In this document: positions 11,809-24,366 of the stretch, piece after piece | Layout: each line of letters opens with the position of its first letter | Numbering within the stretch: the first letter of the stretch is position 1 | NCBI GenBank assembly: GCA_001687465.1 | Contig: LVLI01000214.1 | Span: forward strand, 124,001-188,000 | Origin: Halocafeteria seosinensis | Taxonomy: Eukaryota | DNA: 64,000 nucleotides | Direction: 5' to 3' | Program-made: the position numbers and the translations under genes | The notes under the pieces: generated by a model | What the model was told of the DNA's origin: nothing | Database searches by the model: none | What the model saw: the letters and a program-made list of their open reading frames with translations, nothing else

Positions 11809-12554
11809 ACTGCGTAGGAGCTCAGACCTTCACCGCATGCGCCAGAAAAGTGCTCTATCCATTGTTGGTGCCTTTTTCTTTCTCTCCCTGGGGTTTTTTT
11901 CTTCGTGTGAGCGTTCTCAAGCGTAACCCCGGAAGCTACAAGGAGTATTGCAGTATACGATTATCGATAGACAACCCTATGGACCTCTATAAAGACCGCT
12001 ATCTTGGTACTAGAGAAAGATAATACCCCTGAGAATTCCAGAGCCCTACTTTCCAGAGGAGTGTGTGCGTGATTCAAGGTACACTATACAGCACGCTACG
12101 AATCGACACCAACAGTGCGCCATAAAGGGGTCTACAGCGTACCAAGCCGGAACGATATGAAAATCTCGCTATATGGGGCATAAAACACTTGTATGTGGAA
12201 CGTAATAGACCCCGGCCGGGTCCCGGCACTGGCGGACAGGGGGCGGTGATTGCCCGTCCCATCTACGATGGCGGCGGGCACGGTAGTTGAAGATGGTGAC
12301 TCCGTGATGCGTCAGGACGAAGTGGAGACCAATGAGACCCGTTGTCGTCCATGGAGGCTCCATACGATGCTCATGTGGCGATATTGTTCCCTCGCGTCTC
12401 TGAGGGAAGTATTCATAGGTGCTTTAGGTTGCAATTATCGGGTAATGGGTGACTGTTCTGAGCTGTCTGGGTCAGTTTTTAGGGCGTTTCGTCGGGTCAC
12501 TCGTGTTTGTAGCCCGTATATTGCACTCGTTATGAACTGAAGACGATAGAGCCG

Positions 12555-13697
12555 ATGCTAGTTCGAAATCTTCTATTGCCTGTATTCGGCACAGTGGCGG
12601 CTATCCTACTCTTTTGGAACGTGTATCATGCCCCTCGACCTCGGGCATTCCGAGTTGGATTGTTGAGTGACCCAAGTGGCACTAATGAATTGGAGCCTCC
12701 TGCCCCTCGATCTGCATCCTGGTTTACCCATGTTGTATTGAGCAGCGATAACCGTACATTTCCGGGAGTGCTAGCGGCTATGAAATCTACCATCGTGAAT
12801 GCCAAGGAACCGTTTGCACTCCGTTTCTACGTACTCTGTGGCGTGCACGAAAAAGAAGCGCTGGACCGATTAATCCAGTGTATGCTCACACTCTACAAAC
12901 ACCCGAAGCTGTCCCGTCCACTGGGACAAGTTATATCTTCGTATAAGATAATAGAGTTCAATATCAAAGACTATCACCCGACATGGAAGATTGCATACCG
13001 GGAACACCAGAACACCTCAGATAGGTCTGCTCCCAACAATTACGCAAGGCTGTTCCTCCACGAAATGCTTACGCGTAAAGAGATTGTTGGGGCCCTAATT
13101 CCGGAGAAAATTGTGTACCTAGACACGGATGTGATAGTCCGGGGAGACATCGGTGAGCTATATCGCATGGCTCTTGTAAATTCCAGCCAGCCAGTAGCCA
13201 TTCCGAAAAGGGGCATCAAACTTCGTAACTACAGAATTGTCTTTGGCCATCCAGAGCTAGTGCAATGGAATAGAAAATACAAGGGAACTCCGAAAGAGAT
13301 TGACCCTGAGCTAACAGCGTACAACAACGGGGTGTATGTTCAACACTTGAAACGGTGGAAAGAACAAAATGTCACATCGGAAATATTGCATTGGGTGGAT
13401 GTCAACAGAAGGCGGAAACTGTATCAGTTCAGCTTCAACCCTCCATTCCTATTAGGATTACGGGGACGCGTTGAGCCGCTTCCTCCTGAATGGAATTTGT
13501 TGGGGTTCGGTGATGGTGTCAGACACCGTCGGGAAGTTCTGAAGAAGGGGAAAATCCTTCACTGGACAGGAACGCGTAAAGCCTGGAATAAAGATGGATT
13601 TAGCAAGAGTTTATGGCTTCCCTACCACTCCCCCAAATGTTTCCCCAATGACCGGTTGCTCGGAGTTACAGCGAATTCAACAGCTAGTAAAGCATAG
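12555..13697 (+). CDS. Glycosyltransferase family 8 (GT8), type II membrane protein
   Basis: N-terminal signal anchor, plus the GT8 motifs NYARLFL, KIVYLDTDVIV (DxD), YNNGV, LPPEWN and ILHWTG..KAW. Intronless. Confidence 0.9.
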   Translation: MLVRNLLLPVFGTVAAILLFWNVYHAPRPRAFRVGLLSDPSGTNELEPPAPRSASWFTHVVLSSDNRTFPGVLAAMKSTIVNAKEPFALRFYVLCGVHEKEALDRLIQCMLTLYKHPKLSRPLGQVISSYKIIEFNIKDYHPTWKIAYREHQNTSDRSAPNNYARLFLHEMLTRKEIVGALIPEKIVYLDTDVIVRGDIGELYRMALVNSSQPVAIPKRGIKLRNYRIVFGHPELVQWNRKYKGTPKEIDPELTAYNNGVYVQHLKRWKEQNVTSEILHWVDVNRRRKLYQFSFNPPFLLGLRGRVEPLPPEWNLLGFGDGVRHRREVLKKGKILHWTGTRKAWNKDGFSKSLWLPYHSPKCFPNDRLLGVTANSTASKA

Positions 13698-13833
13698 GCT
13701 CTCGTAGCAAGACCAAGTCACACGTTATTTGTTCCATAAGGGAAGTCGTCATCAACGGGTAGGCAAGATATAGTTCAATATGCACAGTACGGATATTTTC
13801 TTTTCATAAATGCGGGTGACTGAGGTGGTATAT

Positions 13834-15892
13834 CTATTCTTGGGGAATTTGCTGCATCTGTGGAGCACCTCCGCCGCCTCCACCACCTTGCTTCGACCGA
13901 ATACCAGAGACAATATCGTCAATACGGAGTAATAAACAAGCAGCTTCAACAGCAGTTTTGATAGACTGAGTCTTTACACTATAAGAATCCCAAATACCTA
14001 GTTCTGCCATGTTGGCAAGCTCGCCCGTTTCACCATTGATACCCAATGTAGGCTTTTGGCCGTTTCCTTTCGCAGCTCTCAACTTTGTCAAGAGGCGCAC
14101 TGTATCACCACCACAGTTATGTGCAAGAGTGCGGGGAACAACTTCCATAGCCATTCCCAAGGCCTTGAAAGGCCACTGTTGGATTCCTTCAAGAGTCTTT
14201 GACTTTTCGACCAAACCCTGGGCAATCGACATTTCAATTGCCCCGCCACCGGGAAGCAACTTTGGTTCAAAGACAATGTTCTTCGCTACCCCCATTGCGT
14301 CATGTAGGTTTCGTTCGATTTCATTCAGGACATCCTTACTTCCACCACGAAGAAGAATTGTGCACGCTTTTGGACTTGAGCACTTTTCAATGTAGGTAAA
14401 GTATTCATCACCAAATTTTCGCACTTCGAACAACCCGCAGCCGGTACCAATATCCTCCTCTGTTAGTTCTTCGGTCCTTGACACAATCGTAGCGCCCACC
14501 GCACGTGCAATACGGTTGTTGTCCGTCTTCCGTACTCTTCGGAGGGCCGCAATTCCTGCCTTATAAAAGTAGTGCTGCGCCAAGTCCGAAACACCTTTTT
14601 CTGTGATAACCAAGTCAGGATTGAAGCGAATAATGTCAGCACAAATTTTCTCAACATAATCTTCTTCCTGCTTCAAAATCTTTTCCCAATCTTCCTCCTT
14701 CGTAATTTCGACGTTGGTTTGGGATTCGGCTTTCTTGTACTCTAGAGGGCAGTCCAAGAGCACTATACGAGGGTTTTCAATTCGCCGGGGCATTCTGGCA
14801 TGCGTAACATCCTTATTTAGCATAACGCCATCCAGGACTTTGCATTCATCTAGATCGCCACCAGGAATCTGCACACAGACGGGGGTCCAATGACCTGGTA
14901 GGCCATTCGCCCAAGACCACAACGTACCTTTTCTACTTTAGCGTAAAGTTTCGTATCGATTTCCTTCTTCCCATTGTCCTCAACAGCTACGCGGAGTACA
15001 CTATCCAAGGCAAGGTCGGATATAAGGTTCCCGTATCGATTAACGAACTTCGTGCCAATGCAGCTCTTGATTAGACTACGCATCTGTTCCCGGTCGTCCA
15101 AGTTCACTTCTACCGCATTTCGCTCGCATATTTGCAAAGCGTGTTCGAGGGCTCTGTGGTAAGCGTTAACAATAACAGTCGGATGCATGTTCCGTTCGAT
15201 AAATGGCTCAGCAACAGTCAGCATTTCTCCAGCTGGGAGGACAAGTTACAAGAAAAGGTGAAGAAAAGCAGCTTCCAAGAGCTACTAAACCATGACGCAT
15301 ACATACCAAGAATAATGACTGAGGTTGTACCATCCCCGACTTCCTCGTCTTGTGTCCTTGCCAGCTCTATCATGCTCTTAGCAGCGGGATGAGACACATC
15401 AATCTCTCGTAGGATAGCGTTTCCGTCATTTGTCATGACGATTCCTCCCATGGGATCCAAGAGCATTTTCAGCATGGAGCGGGGGCCGAGCGTAGTACGG
15501 ATAATATCAGCTACAGCCTGCGCAAACAATGACAAAAGGTAGTTGATAAGAGAGTTAATTCAATTTGAATTTGTGGAGGGAGGCCTTCGACAAAAACGTT
15601 GAGGACACCCACAGCCCCTTTCGCCGCCCCTGGACTAACCACGAGGGACCACCCTCCCGGCCCTCATGCTGTTTGAATCAGCTTGAGAAGTTCCACATGC
15701 CTCATGCAATGAGTGATGCAACCGAACCAATCCCTTCCCAATCAATTTCAGCCTGGACATGTTCCTTAGCGAAAGCACTGCTGTAATGATGCTGCAATAG
15801 CATACCTTGGCGGCGCTGATATTCCCTTGCTGAGCTTTGCGCCCAGTTTCACGCTCGGTGTTTTGGTTTAATACAAGGACAGGGGCCTGCAT
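13834..15892 (-). CDS. CCT3: T-complex protein 1 subunit gamma (chaperonin CCT3), 4 exons
   Basis: Motifs MQAPVLVLN, IRTTLGPRSMLKMLLDPMGGIVMTNDGNAILREI, DEEVGDGTTSV, NPRIVLLDCPLEYKK and LLRIDDIVSG. Introns at 15805-15518, ~15306-15234 and ~14927-14869. Confidence 0.97.
15569..15780 (-). ncRNA. Candidate intronic box H/ACA RNA in CCT3 intron 1
   Basis: The intron is 288 nt, far longer than the others in the window. Its minus strand reads hairpin, ACAGCA (H box ANANNA, 15672-15667), hairpin closed by GGAGGG/CCCUCC, then ACA followed by AAU (ACA at 15574-15572). No target was identified, and the boundaries are approximate. Confidence 0.5.
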
Positions 15893-16241
15893 TTTCAAAC
15901 ACTGTGGTGCTAGAAGCAAAAGTATCCTCTAAAGCGTGAGTGTTAATCAGTTGAATGACGGAATAAAGGCTAGACAATTCGCAATGGACAGTAATCAACT
16001 TGATTTGAAAAGCACGATTGCCGTTCCGGGCTGTCAGCCGGGCCCGGGTGTACTCTTCATGTTTGATACAATAGGTGAGGTGCGTATGTTGATAATATAT
16101 ACATCATATAATACATGTTATAGGGTAGTAACTGTAGTATTGGTCTATAGAAGAACTCTGTTTGTTCCATTCTTCCTGGGATTTGATGTATGGAAGTAAC
16201 TTCTCGGGTTTGGGAATTTAGCCGGTGACTTCTTCCGTGTC

Positions 16242-18789
16242 ATGGAGGACCACATAAGTGCTGAGAATGCCATAAGTAGTCCTCCTCGGACTCATCATAA
16301 GATGCCAAGATCGTCAAGCCTTTCACAACTGACAGAAGTGGCGGCAACAAGAGCTCTGGAGGAGGAACGCATGGCCGATCAGCAAGCCAGAGCAAGACAC
16401 CTAGAAACAAAAGAACATTTTTCTGACGTCCAAGAGAACACGAACATTCCTCCATCATTGCCCGTTGGAGATCAAACGGAATCTCCACGTCGAAATTGGC
16501 AGCTTAGGTTACGACGCGTCGCATCGAGGCAAGGTGAACAACTAGGAGTGGAATGCAGTCCGGAGAAACCAGCAGATGTTAGCGTTTCGAGCTTTACAGA
16601 AGACTTCAATGTTTCACCTCTTTCCGAGGAATACAGAGATGAGAGCTGTCAATCAGATTGGTATCGAAAGTTTTCGGAGGATAGTAACATGGGAGAATCA
16701 GTTGCATACAATGCTCTCCACAATGCGTTCAGGAACTCCAAGCTAGGAAACGGGACGGAACGGAGGGTCGGGCATAACTATCATGCTTTACGACGCAACA
16801 CGGCATCATTGTCTAGTCTTAAAGATGCAGCAACTGTCAATGAGGAGCGAGATGAATCTATTGTTTCTAGACAGAGGCGTCTGGCTCTGCATAGAGCCAA
16901 AGCTCTCAGACGAACGCATTCATTTTCTCATCGTGTCGACCTCTCGGAGCTAGAAGGAGGCCTACCTGGATGGAAATCGAGTCCTAAAGATACAGACAGT
17001 GTCAGTTTCGATTCATTGGCAAACTCGGTTCTCCACAGGCAAGTACGCCAGAATCAGTCCTCCACGCAAAACCTGTATGTTGAGTTTGAAAAAGCACTTG
17101 CTGAAGAAGTGCGTAACGTATTGCAGCGCGCTGCTGCATCAGAGAGAACAGAGCGAACCGGTATGTTGCTGAGTATGAAAGATGACTTATTTGAGCATCT
17201 TGTAAGTCATATTTGGATTTATGTTCACAGAGACAATGGAAGAACTATTTTTTAATGTAGCCAGCCCAATTGAACCCCAAGTTGCAGACTATCTCCGTGC
17301 AGCCGGAGGGCCCATGAATATTCCCCGATACTATTATCAGCTGCTCGCACAATACTTTGCATCGGAAGTGAAAGAGTCTTCTGCGTATTTCACTGAATTG
17401 CAAAGCACAATGAATGCCTTGTACAGTCATCCGATTTTCCCGGCGATCTATTGCTTACTATTTCACCTTTGGCTTTTGGGCACCTACGAAGACGTAAAGT
17501 TTAACGAATCAGCTTCCTCTCGTCTCGTGCTACTGACAACCGGAGCCAATAGGCTATTTTGGGCCGACTTACAGCATTATCGGCATGATTTCAAACCTAT
17601 ATTCGGATTTCTTGCTCAAGTGATACTTCATCCGAGTCGGCTCGCCGAAGTCCCCCATCGATTATATATCGAACTCGTGATAGTGGTAATGAAGTTTCTG
17701 CTTTTCTACGACAACCAAAGTCACACGGCTGAGAACTTGTACTTCTTCTTCCGCCAGTTGCCCGCGCGAGCGATCCCTGAAAAAGGTCAAGGTTTAGATA
17801 ATGACTGGGCGAGGTCCCCCGAGGCAGAGTCCATGACTAAGGAGACTACCTCACATGATGATGACATGAACGATTCAAGGTGTCAAGAGACATCCCATAA
17901 AACACTAGCTGGACATTCACGTCAGGAAGAAGAAGAATCGGATGTAAATACTCCACGGCAGAGTGGCAATTCGAAGAACCCGTGGGGATACACCACTTTT
18001 CTGGTCAGTATGTCCGATCATTTCAGTCACTCCGAATACTCTAAAGACATGATATCGAAAGTTAGTTGCTTCGTCCACGAGACCTCGGAGTTGTTACGCA
18101 TGGTACAACACGAGAACGCGCTCCTGAGAATACTTCGGGGTTTACGTTGCCTGGCTGACCCGCGACTTGCAGCGTTTCTGGATGGCCGGACTGCCGCGAA
18201 GTTACAGGATGAAATTTATGCGTTCACTTCACCGGGAGGCCCAACGTTTCCTACCCGCGCAGTCAGGCGAACCGCGCTTGAGACCCTCGACACTGTCTTC
18301 CCACGAGGAAGCGGAATCAGACGTGCAGTATCGGTCTTGTTTCGTTTGGTCCATCCGTATTATTGGCCAGGAAGCTTTGCACACTGGATTGTTGGTAGGG
18401 CGGAAGTAGTCTTGCATAAGATTCCCTGCATGGACCGTTGCTTCGGGCAAAGGAAAGCGGCGGCTCTAGTAAGTCTAGCAGAAGAGCAACCTAAACCCCA
18501 TTCCTCCTTTATTCAGAGCCTGCTCGATAGCTGCGGACGATTACCTGTTTGTGGTACTCTTATAGTCAACGTTCTCCAGCGTATCGGAATGAACGGTGCT
18601 ACCTCTCACGTTACAGAGACTGCTGCTGAGGGCGAATCACCTAAGGCTGCCGCTTCCTCGTCGTCGCAGGAGGTTGAGATAGGCAATACTTCCCCGAATT
18701 CAAAAGTAGCAGAGCTTTTGACCAATGTATGTAGGTCTCTACCATTTAGTGACAAGATCATGGACATCATAGGTGGTGGTGAAACATAG
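16242..18789 (+). CDS. Conserved uncharacterized protein, 2 exons
   Basis: Two long ORFs joined by a GT-AG intron at about 17162-17230. The C-terminal block AFTSPGGPTFPTRAVRRTALETLDTVFP..FRLVHPYYWP resembles an uncharacterized plant/protist family (recalled, not searched). Confidence 0.75.
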
Positions 18790-18874
18790 CGTTAAGCTTT
18801 AGGGAAAATGAGTAAATGTTTTGATTTCGCTCAGTGCTAGCGGCTAATAATGATAAAGTATGTGCGTATGCTCT

Positions 18875-19617
18875 TTATCCAGTATTGTAACGCAGATCCA
18901 AACCCTTGTCCGGCACTTCCAACTGTGGTTTGGGTCTGGAACGGGCATAAGAGAATCCAGCTTTTGGTTGTGACTTGAGAATCTTCCGGTCATCTTTCGC
19001 ATCCATGGGGCGACGTAACACTTGTTCCGAATAACGCCCAAACGTAATTCCCAAAGGTCTGTGCGGAGCATTAGAATCCTTGCTATTGTCAGAACCAGAA
19101 CGGTAGCAAATACCCTTACTCTTCGCGGGCTCCAGGCACGTGCCCAGTATACCCTTCTATATGCCTTGGCCTGCTCATTTCCTTTCCGACGAAAGTTTCT
19201 CGAAGACTCTCGTCTTCCACTAGCGGCTTATGTGTAGCCTGAGGGTCGGAAGGGATGACATCTCCTGCGCAATTCGGACACCCAAGCGGGTAAGTTCCAG
19301 ACTCGATGGCCTTTGCACTACACGATCTTACCAACAACAATGTCTCTGGAATCATGATTCAACGCTCGTCTCGTTGCTCTGGCAAACGTGCGACCAGCGA
19401 CATCTCCTCCGTTTGGTATGTATCCCGTATACCCCGGTATATGGTATTTCCCGCCACGGAAAGCAGCTGAGCAGGTATCCGTTTCCAGTTTGGATTTCGC
19501 CGCAGGCTGTTTTTTCGTCTGTGTGAGTTCATCGGGATCCACAATATCACTCACCCACTGTGCTGGGGGTGTCGTGTCTGGGTACTTGGCACCACCTCTG
19601 GCAACGAAGGCAGACAT
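18875..19617 (-). CDS. FAM166/CIMIP2-like ciliary microtubule inner protein (PYG-type repeats)
   Basis: Repeated motifs YHIPGYTGYIP..AGRTFARAT and HIEGYTGHVPGARE.LGITFG. Introns at about 19331-19265 and 19119-19059. Confidence 0.75.
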
Positions 19618-20064
19618 TGTTTCGCAAGTTTTCGAGGTGTTAGATCCGTTGCGCAGTTTGATCTACGCCTTCCCTTGGAATTGACCGACTAGTGCAATAG
19701 GATGTAATAGCCGTATGTTAGTGAATTCACCCTGTGCCGAATTCTTCAAATACACTTTCAGGGAGGTATTTCGCTTTACAACCAATTCCACTCACAATGG
19801 ACCTGCATTGGACGCGCCAACCCCAGTGGGTCGCTACTTTGTGAAGCTCCCCGGTCGCAACGAATACACCCCATACATACATACAAGCTTTACCCTCGAT
19901 GGATGGGGTGCAATGAACACTTCATTTGGCAAGAAATGGGATCGTTAGCATGTGGAGCATGCCTCGCACAAATTTCGATTACCTGTTCAAGAAAGGAAAT
20001 ATCCTTGCTCATTCAGGCGTGGTTAACGGCGTCGTTTTCGCAACTCATTCACTCACGTCTTACG

Positions 20065-21307
20065 ATGGCTACGCTGCACGATACGGGCGATGCCCTCTTT
20101 GACAAGCACCCTGATATCCGGACGCAGCTGTTCCACTTTGCAGTGCAGTACAAGTTTGACTGGAAACAAGTTGCTGAGGCTCTTTCCCAGTATGCCAAAA
20201 CGTAAGCAAAGCACCTTGAACCAGTTTATTTCTTGAATAAGAGGTAGTATTCGCCCTACGCAGGAGCTTGAAAGATGAAGGTGTCCAAATCAGTCCTACC
20301 CTGTGTCGAATGCAATATTCGAAAATGATGACGAATGCTACAGCCACTTCAGGAGATGCGGCGAAGAGTGAGCAACATCCTCGTTCGCCTTCCTCAGCCA
20401 CCGAGGGAGAGAGGAATGAAGATGACGATGAAGATCTGGATGCATTATTGTCGTCAATAGAAGAGGAACAAAGTAGTCCAGAAAACAAGGACAAGGGAAA
20501 TGGAACACCGGAAGTCGAACCTCCTCACCTCCCGGTGTACAAGAGCCCCGTAGCCGTATGTACTGTCGTTCGGTTCCATGTAAATACCGGTATCTGTTCA
20601 TCTCAGACTCGCTTTTGCTACAGTTCAATAGCCCACCTAAACCGACTACCGAGGAACAAAGCAAACATGAGCGCCTTCGTCCGCTACCGCCAAAGGAATC
20701 TCGGAATACCCGTAAATATGGCAGGCATAACGATAACAGAAGTATTGAATCGGAGCTAGAAAAGTATAATCCAGACGCTGGTGTGTCCTTTTGGGATTAC
20801 ACGCAAGCTGTGTTAGAACGAGCTCATAAACAGAGACGGGAAAAGATTGATGCCGTGTTTGACAGGGTTGCTGCTGCCATGGGGGCAGAAACTCTTGACG
20901 AAGCCGAGCGAAATCAGCTAACGGCTCAGCTTAAGCAGGACGTCCGATATAAGGAAACGAATCCCGTCCTAAAGGACCGACAAAAGCCACTTGAGGCAAT
21001 TGATGCAGATAAGGAGGCCGAAATAGACCAGCGCAACAAGGCACGTGCCAGGGCAATGAAAGAGTGCAGCGACCGGGAATACAAGCAAATGATAGAGAAG
21101 TTGAAAGCTCCCATTGAATTTGGATTGGGCAATGTTAATATCAGTGAAAGTGCTGCGGAAGGTATATCTGAAGACATGGTTATCGATATGCTGGCTCATA
21201 GACAGGAGCCGCGTGTACAAGACAATGGGTCCGAACTGAGCGACGTCCTGAATATCTTAGCGAGTGGTGCTCAGCGGAGTACTGAAAAGTCGGGGAAGAA
21301 ATGGTAG
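20065..21307 (+). CDS. Hypothetical protein, multi-exon, coiled-coil-rich
   Basis: ATG at 20065 (MATLHDTGD..YKFDWKQVAEAL), a GTAAGC donor at 20202 and further exons in ORFs 20268-20759 and 20558-21307. Confidence 0.65.
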
Positions 21308-22166
21308 AGCTAGACGAAGGAGGGGCTGTCGAGTCTGTCCGTCCCATGGGTAGCAAAGAGCACCGATTATGGCTAGTCAAGTGGCGTGAAGCACTCATTG
21401 GGGTTTTCGAGACACACTGATGATGTCGAACTCGTCGGGAGCTTACTCGTGTTATACAATGTCGTTCACTTGATTATTGGATTGCAACGGTGAGGGCTCA
21501 ACAGTGAGGTCATAAACCTGGAGGTATACATAAATGGTACGACCGGTACACGTTGTTGGTTCAGTCTTGGCTGTTGGGCAGGCTTATGCTTGAAGAGTTG
21601 CTGTAACCCTTTCTCTGATCTCCCATCTCCGGTGCTTCAGCTGCATATCGTAGCAGGAAAAGAGCCATCACGCAGCGATTGAACGAAATTGTGCCGTCAT
21701 AGCATATGGTACGATTGCTCAGTACCCACGCACATCCTTACCGAAAACAGTTACACAACTTGTGAATTATGGTATTCCAACGTTTAGCAACTGTAAAACC
21801 CCTCCACCTCCTACACAGCTCCACAAAAAATAGTTTTGAGCATCAACAATAGTCATGTGGGAACAAGTTATTTTGTAACCTCTGTACATGTGGTGACTCG
21901 AGACTGAAGGCAATGCGCAAGCTGAGCTGCGGCTACAGTGCTTATGACTACTGTGCCAAATTGAGTTGTTGTGATGTAACGCACTGCCAAGCAAGAGATA
22001 GTTACATTTAATTTGTTAAGGATTGGCATAGCCCTGCTGTTACGTTGACTATCACTGAGGCCTTGGACACATCTATCCTGAATCGGAACCTTGTCTAATA
22101 ACGACACTATCCTCCGTCCTGTTCCAAGTCATGACGGACTGAGCTCATTGGAAACACCTACAGTTG

Positions 22167-24214
22167 TTATCGCCTGAAGTTCAATACTTGAGGTAATAAA
22201 CCGGAATCATCAGGTTCCTGAGCAGTTGTAGAGCTTGCCGGAAAGGGGTGTTGTTGACCGGCTCCTCTATTTGCCATGGATGATGTATGAGCACCCCTCA
22301 AATGACTGTTGCCGTCGCTAGAAAATAGTGTACTCGCGGTTTTCCAAAGACCTCCTGTGATGCCCGGAGAAGAAACGGTGTCAGCGGATCTGCGCTTCTT
22401 CTGCAAGTTTTTCAACTCTTCCACGCTGATTTCCAAGATCGTGGCTATAGCAATTTCCATTTGCTCTTTGACATCTACATCAGCAGTCGGAATATACCTA
22501 AACATAATGTTCCGAAGGTATTCATGGTCTGCCGGAGATAAACCTGGTGCTGTAACAACTCCGTTGTCAGAGGACGTTGTTGGGCGCATATCTTTGGATT
22601 GATTAGGAGACGCAGAGACTTTAGACGCTGCAGAAGGGGGAGCGGTTTGCAGCTTGTTCACCCGTCGACGTAGCTTGTCCACTTCTCCTTCTAACGAGCT
22701 AGCTCTACTTTCTGCTTCAGCAGCTGCTTTTCTCATCACCTCCGTCTTTTCCTGGGCTTCTTGTAGAGCTTCGTCTTTTTCCTTCAACAATTCCATTGCT
22801 CGTTTTCTGTACCTAGTGAAATCCCTTTGGACTACAGCCAGCTGAACTTCAGCATCATTGTCGTGCCTATTAGTGGTATGAGAATTCTGAGTGGAGCTTG
22901 ACTGTGGCATCTCAGATAAGGAACGTGTCAGAGAGGAGAGCCATCGAGATGCAGAGCTCGAATCCGAATTTTCATTGTGTCGAGATGAAGACTGTAACTC
23001 TTGCTCCATCTCTTCACATCGGAACCTCCACGCGGTGGCTTCGTCTCGGGCGTCCTGCAGGGATCGCTTTAGAGATTTTATTTCTTCTGTCATTCTTTCG
23101 TAGCTCATTTCCCTGGAATCCATCCCTTCCTCGCCTTGGTCACCATCTGGTAACTGAGAACGTGGAAACGAGCTTGTGACCGGTTCTTGTGAATCTGTTT
23201 TAGAATCTGCATCTTTCTGCAATTGAAAAGAGTGAAAGCGTTTGTACGCATCCAACGTAGCCGGAGCAAACATCTGCAATTACAATACCTGTCGAATCAG
23301 TGTTTCGGCCTTCACACGATATTTCCGATATTCTTCTTGAACGACATGTAGTTTCTTCGATGTTTTCGAAAGTTGTGCTTTCACCTTCTCAAAGTCTTCA
23401 GAAGAAGGACTCAGCGGAGGATAGGTTATTTCGAAAGGCACCAAGGCAGATAGTTCCTCCTCCTTGATCCATCCATGTGTTAACGGCTTTGTGGCCTGGT
23501 CCTTGACGACACAGTAACAGTACAACGGCGCAGTCTCCTCACCCTTTTCAGTTTCAATATTGATGGAAAACGGAGAAATTTGAGGCTTTCCATGGGAGCC
23601 TTGAGCCTTTGATGATTGCTTCAAGTGTTCCTTGAGGTCCACGCTCACGCGAGCGAGTATCTGTAACTGCAAGGCCTTAGAGATGTCAGCCCCTTCCTCT
23701 CTCAGTTTCTCGAGCCGTTGCCGCACAGCCTCCGCATCAAGCACGTTGACATTATGCGCGATGCCCTTAGTGGCATCTCTTTCATTAGGGTTTTCAGGAG
23801 CCTGCTCTAAAGAAAAGTTTGGCGAACTGTGAGGTTGCTTGTCGTTGCTTCCATTCTGCTCCTTCAAAAGCTTGACCTCTTCCTCCTTGCTTCTGAGTTC
23901 CTTCTGAGTGGTTTCTAGAACGGACTTTAATCGGGCTGCAAGTTTCTTATATCGTCCTAACTGCACGAGAATATAGAACGTGGTCCATAATGGATATACA
24001 CTGCTCCATGCGCCGATCTTACCGTCTGTTTAAGTTCATCCTGATTATGCCCATGTGCACCTGGGGAGGTAACAGTCCCTTCATAAGGTCCTTCCGAAGC
24101 CATCGGCGTACTAGCATTAGACGCAGATTCGGTCATAGTGGAACTACCTTCCGTCTTACATGGCTCCTCTGTTTGGGAAGAAAGAGCCATATTTGTTGCA
24201 CCCTCCTCCGTCAT
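22167..24214 (-). CDS. GRIP-domain golgin (coiled-coil Golgi tether)
   Basis: Coiled coils with DFTRYRKRA and EYRKYRVKA repeats, and a GRIP-like segment EYLRNIMFRYI..KEQMEIAIATILEIS. The three ORFs are linked by short introns. Confidence 0.8.
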
Positions 24215-24366
24215 TATGGCTTATCCTCGTATCGCAATACACCCGAGAATACACTGCCAAATAATACTGCGCCACATCTCAATGTCAACGTATCGCGTCC
24301 AGTAAGCCACTGCATCGCCCGCAAATGCTCTGAGGTTCACAACCTGACCAGACGAGTAGAGTTTAC

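Noticed and set aside
18875..19617. Apparent frameshifts or pseudogenes where ORFs change frame (here and in most multi-ORF genes)
   Set aside because: The frame changes I traced are explained by short canonical GT-AG introns, so there is no need to invoke recoding or a variant genetic code.
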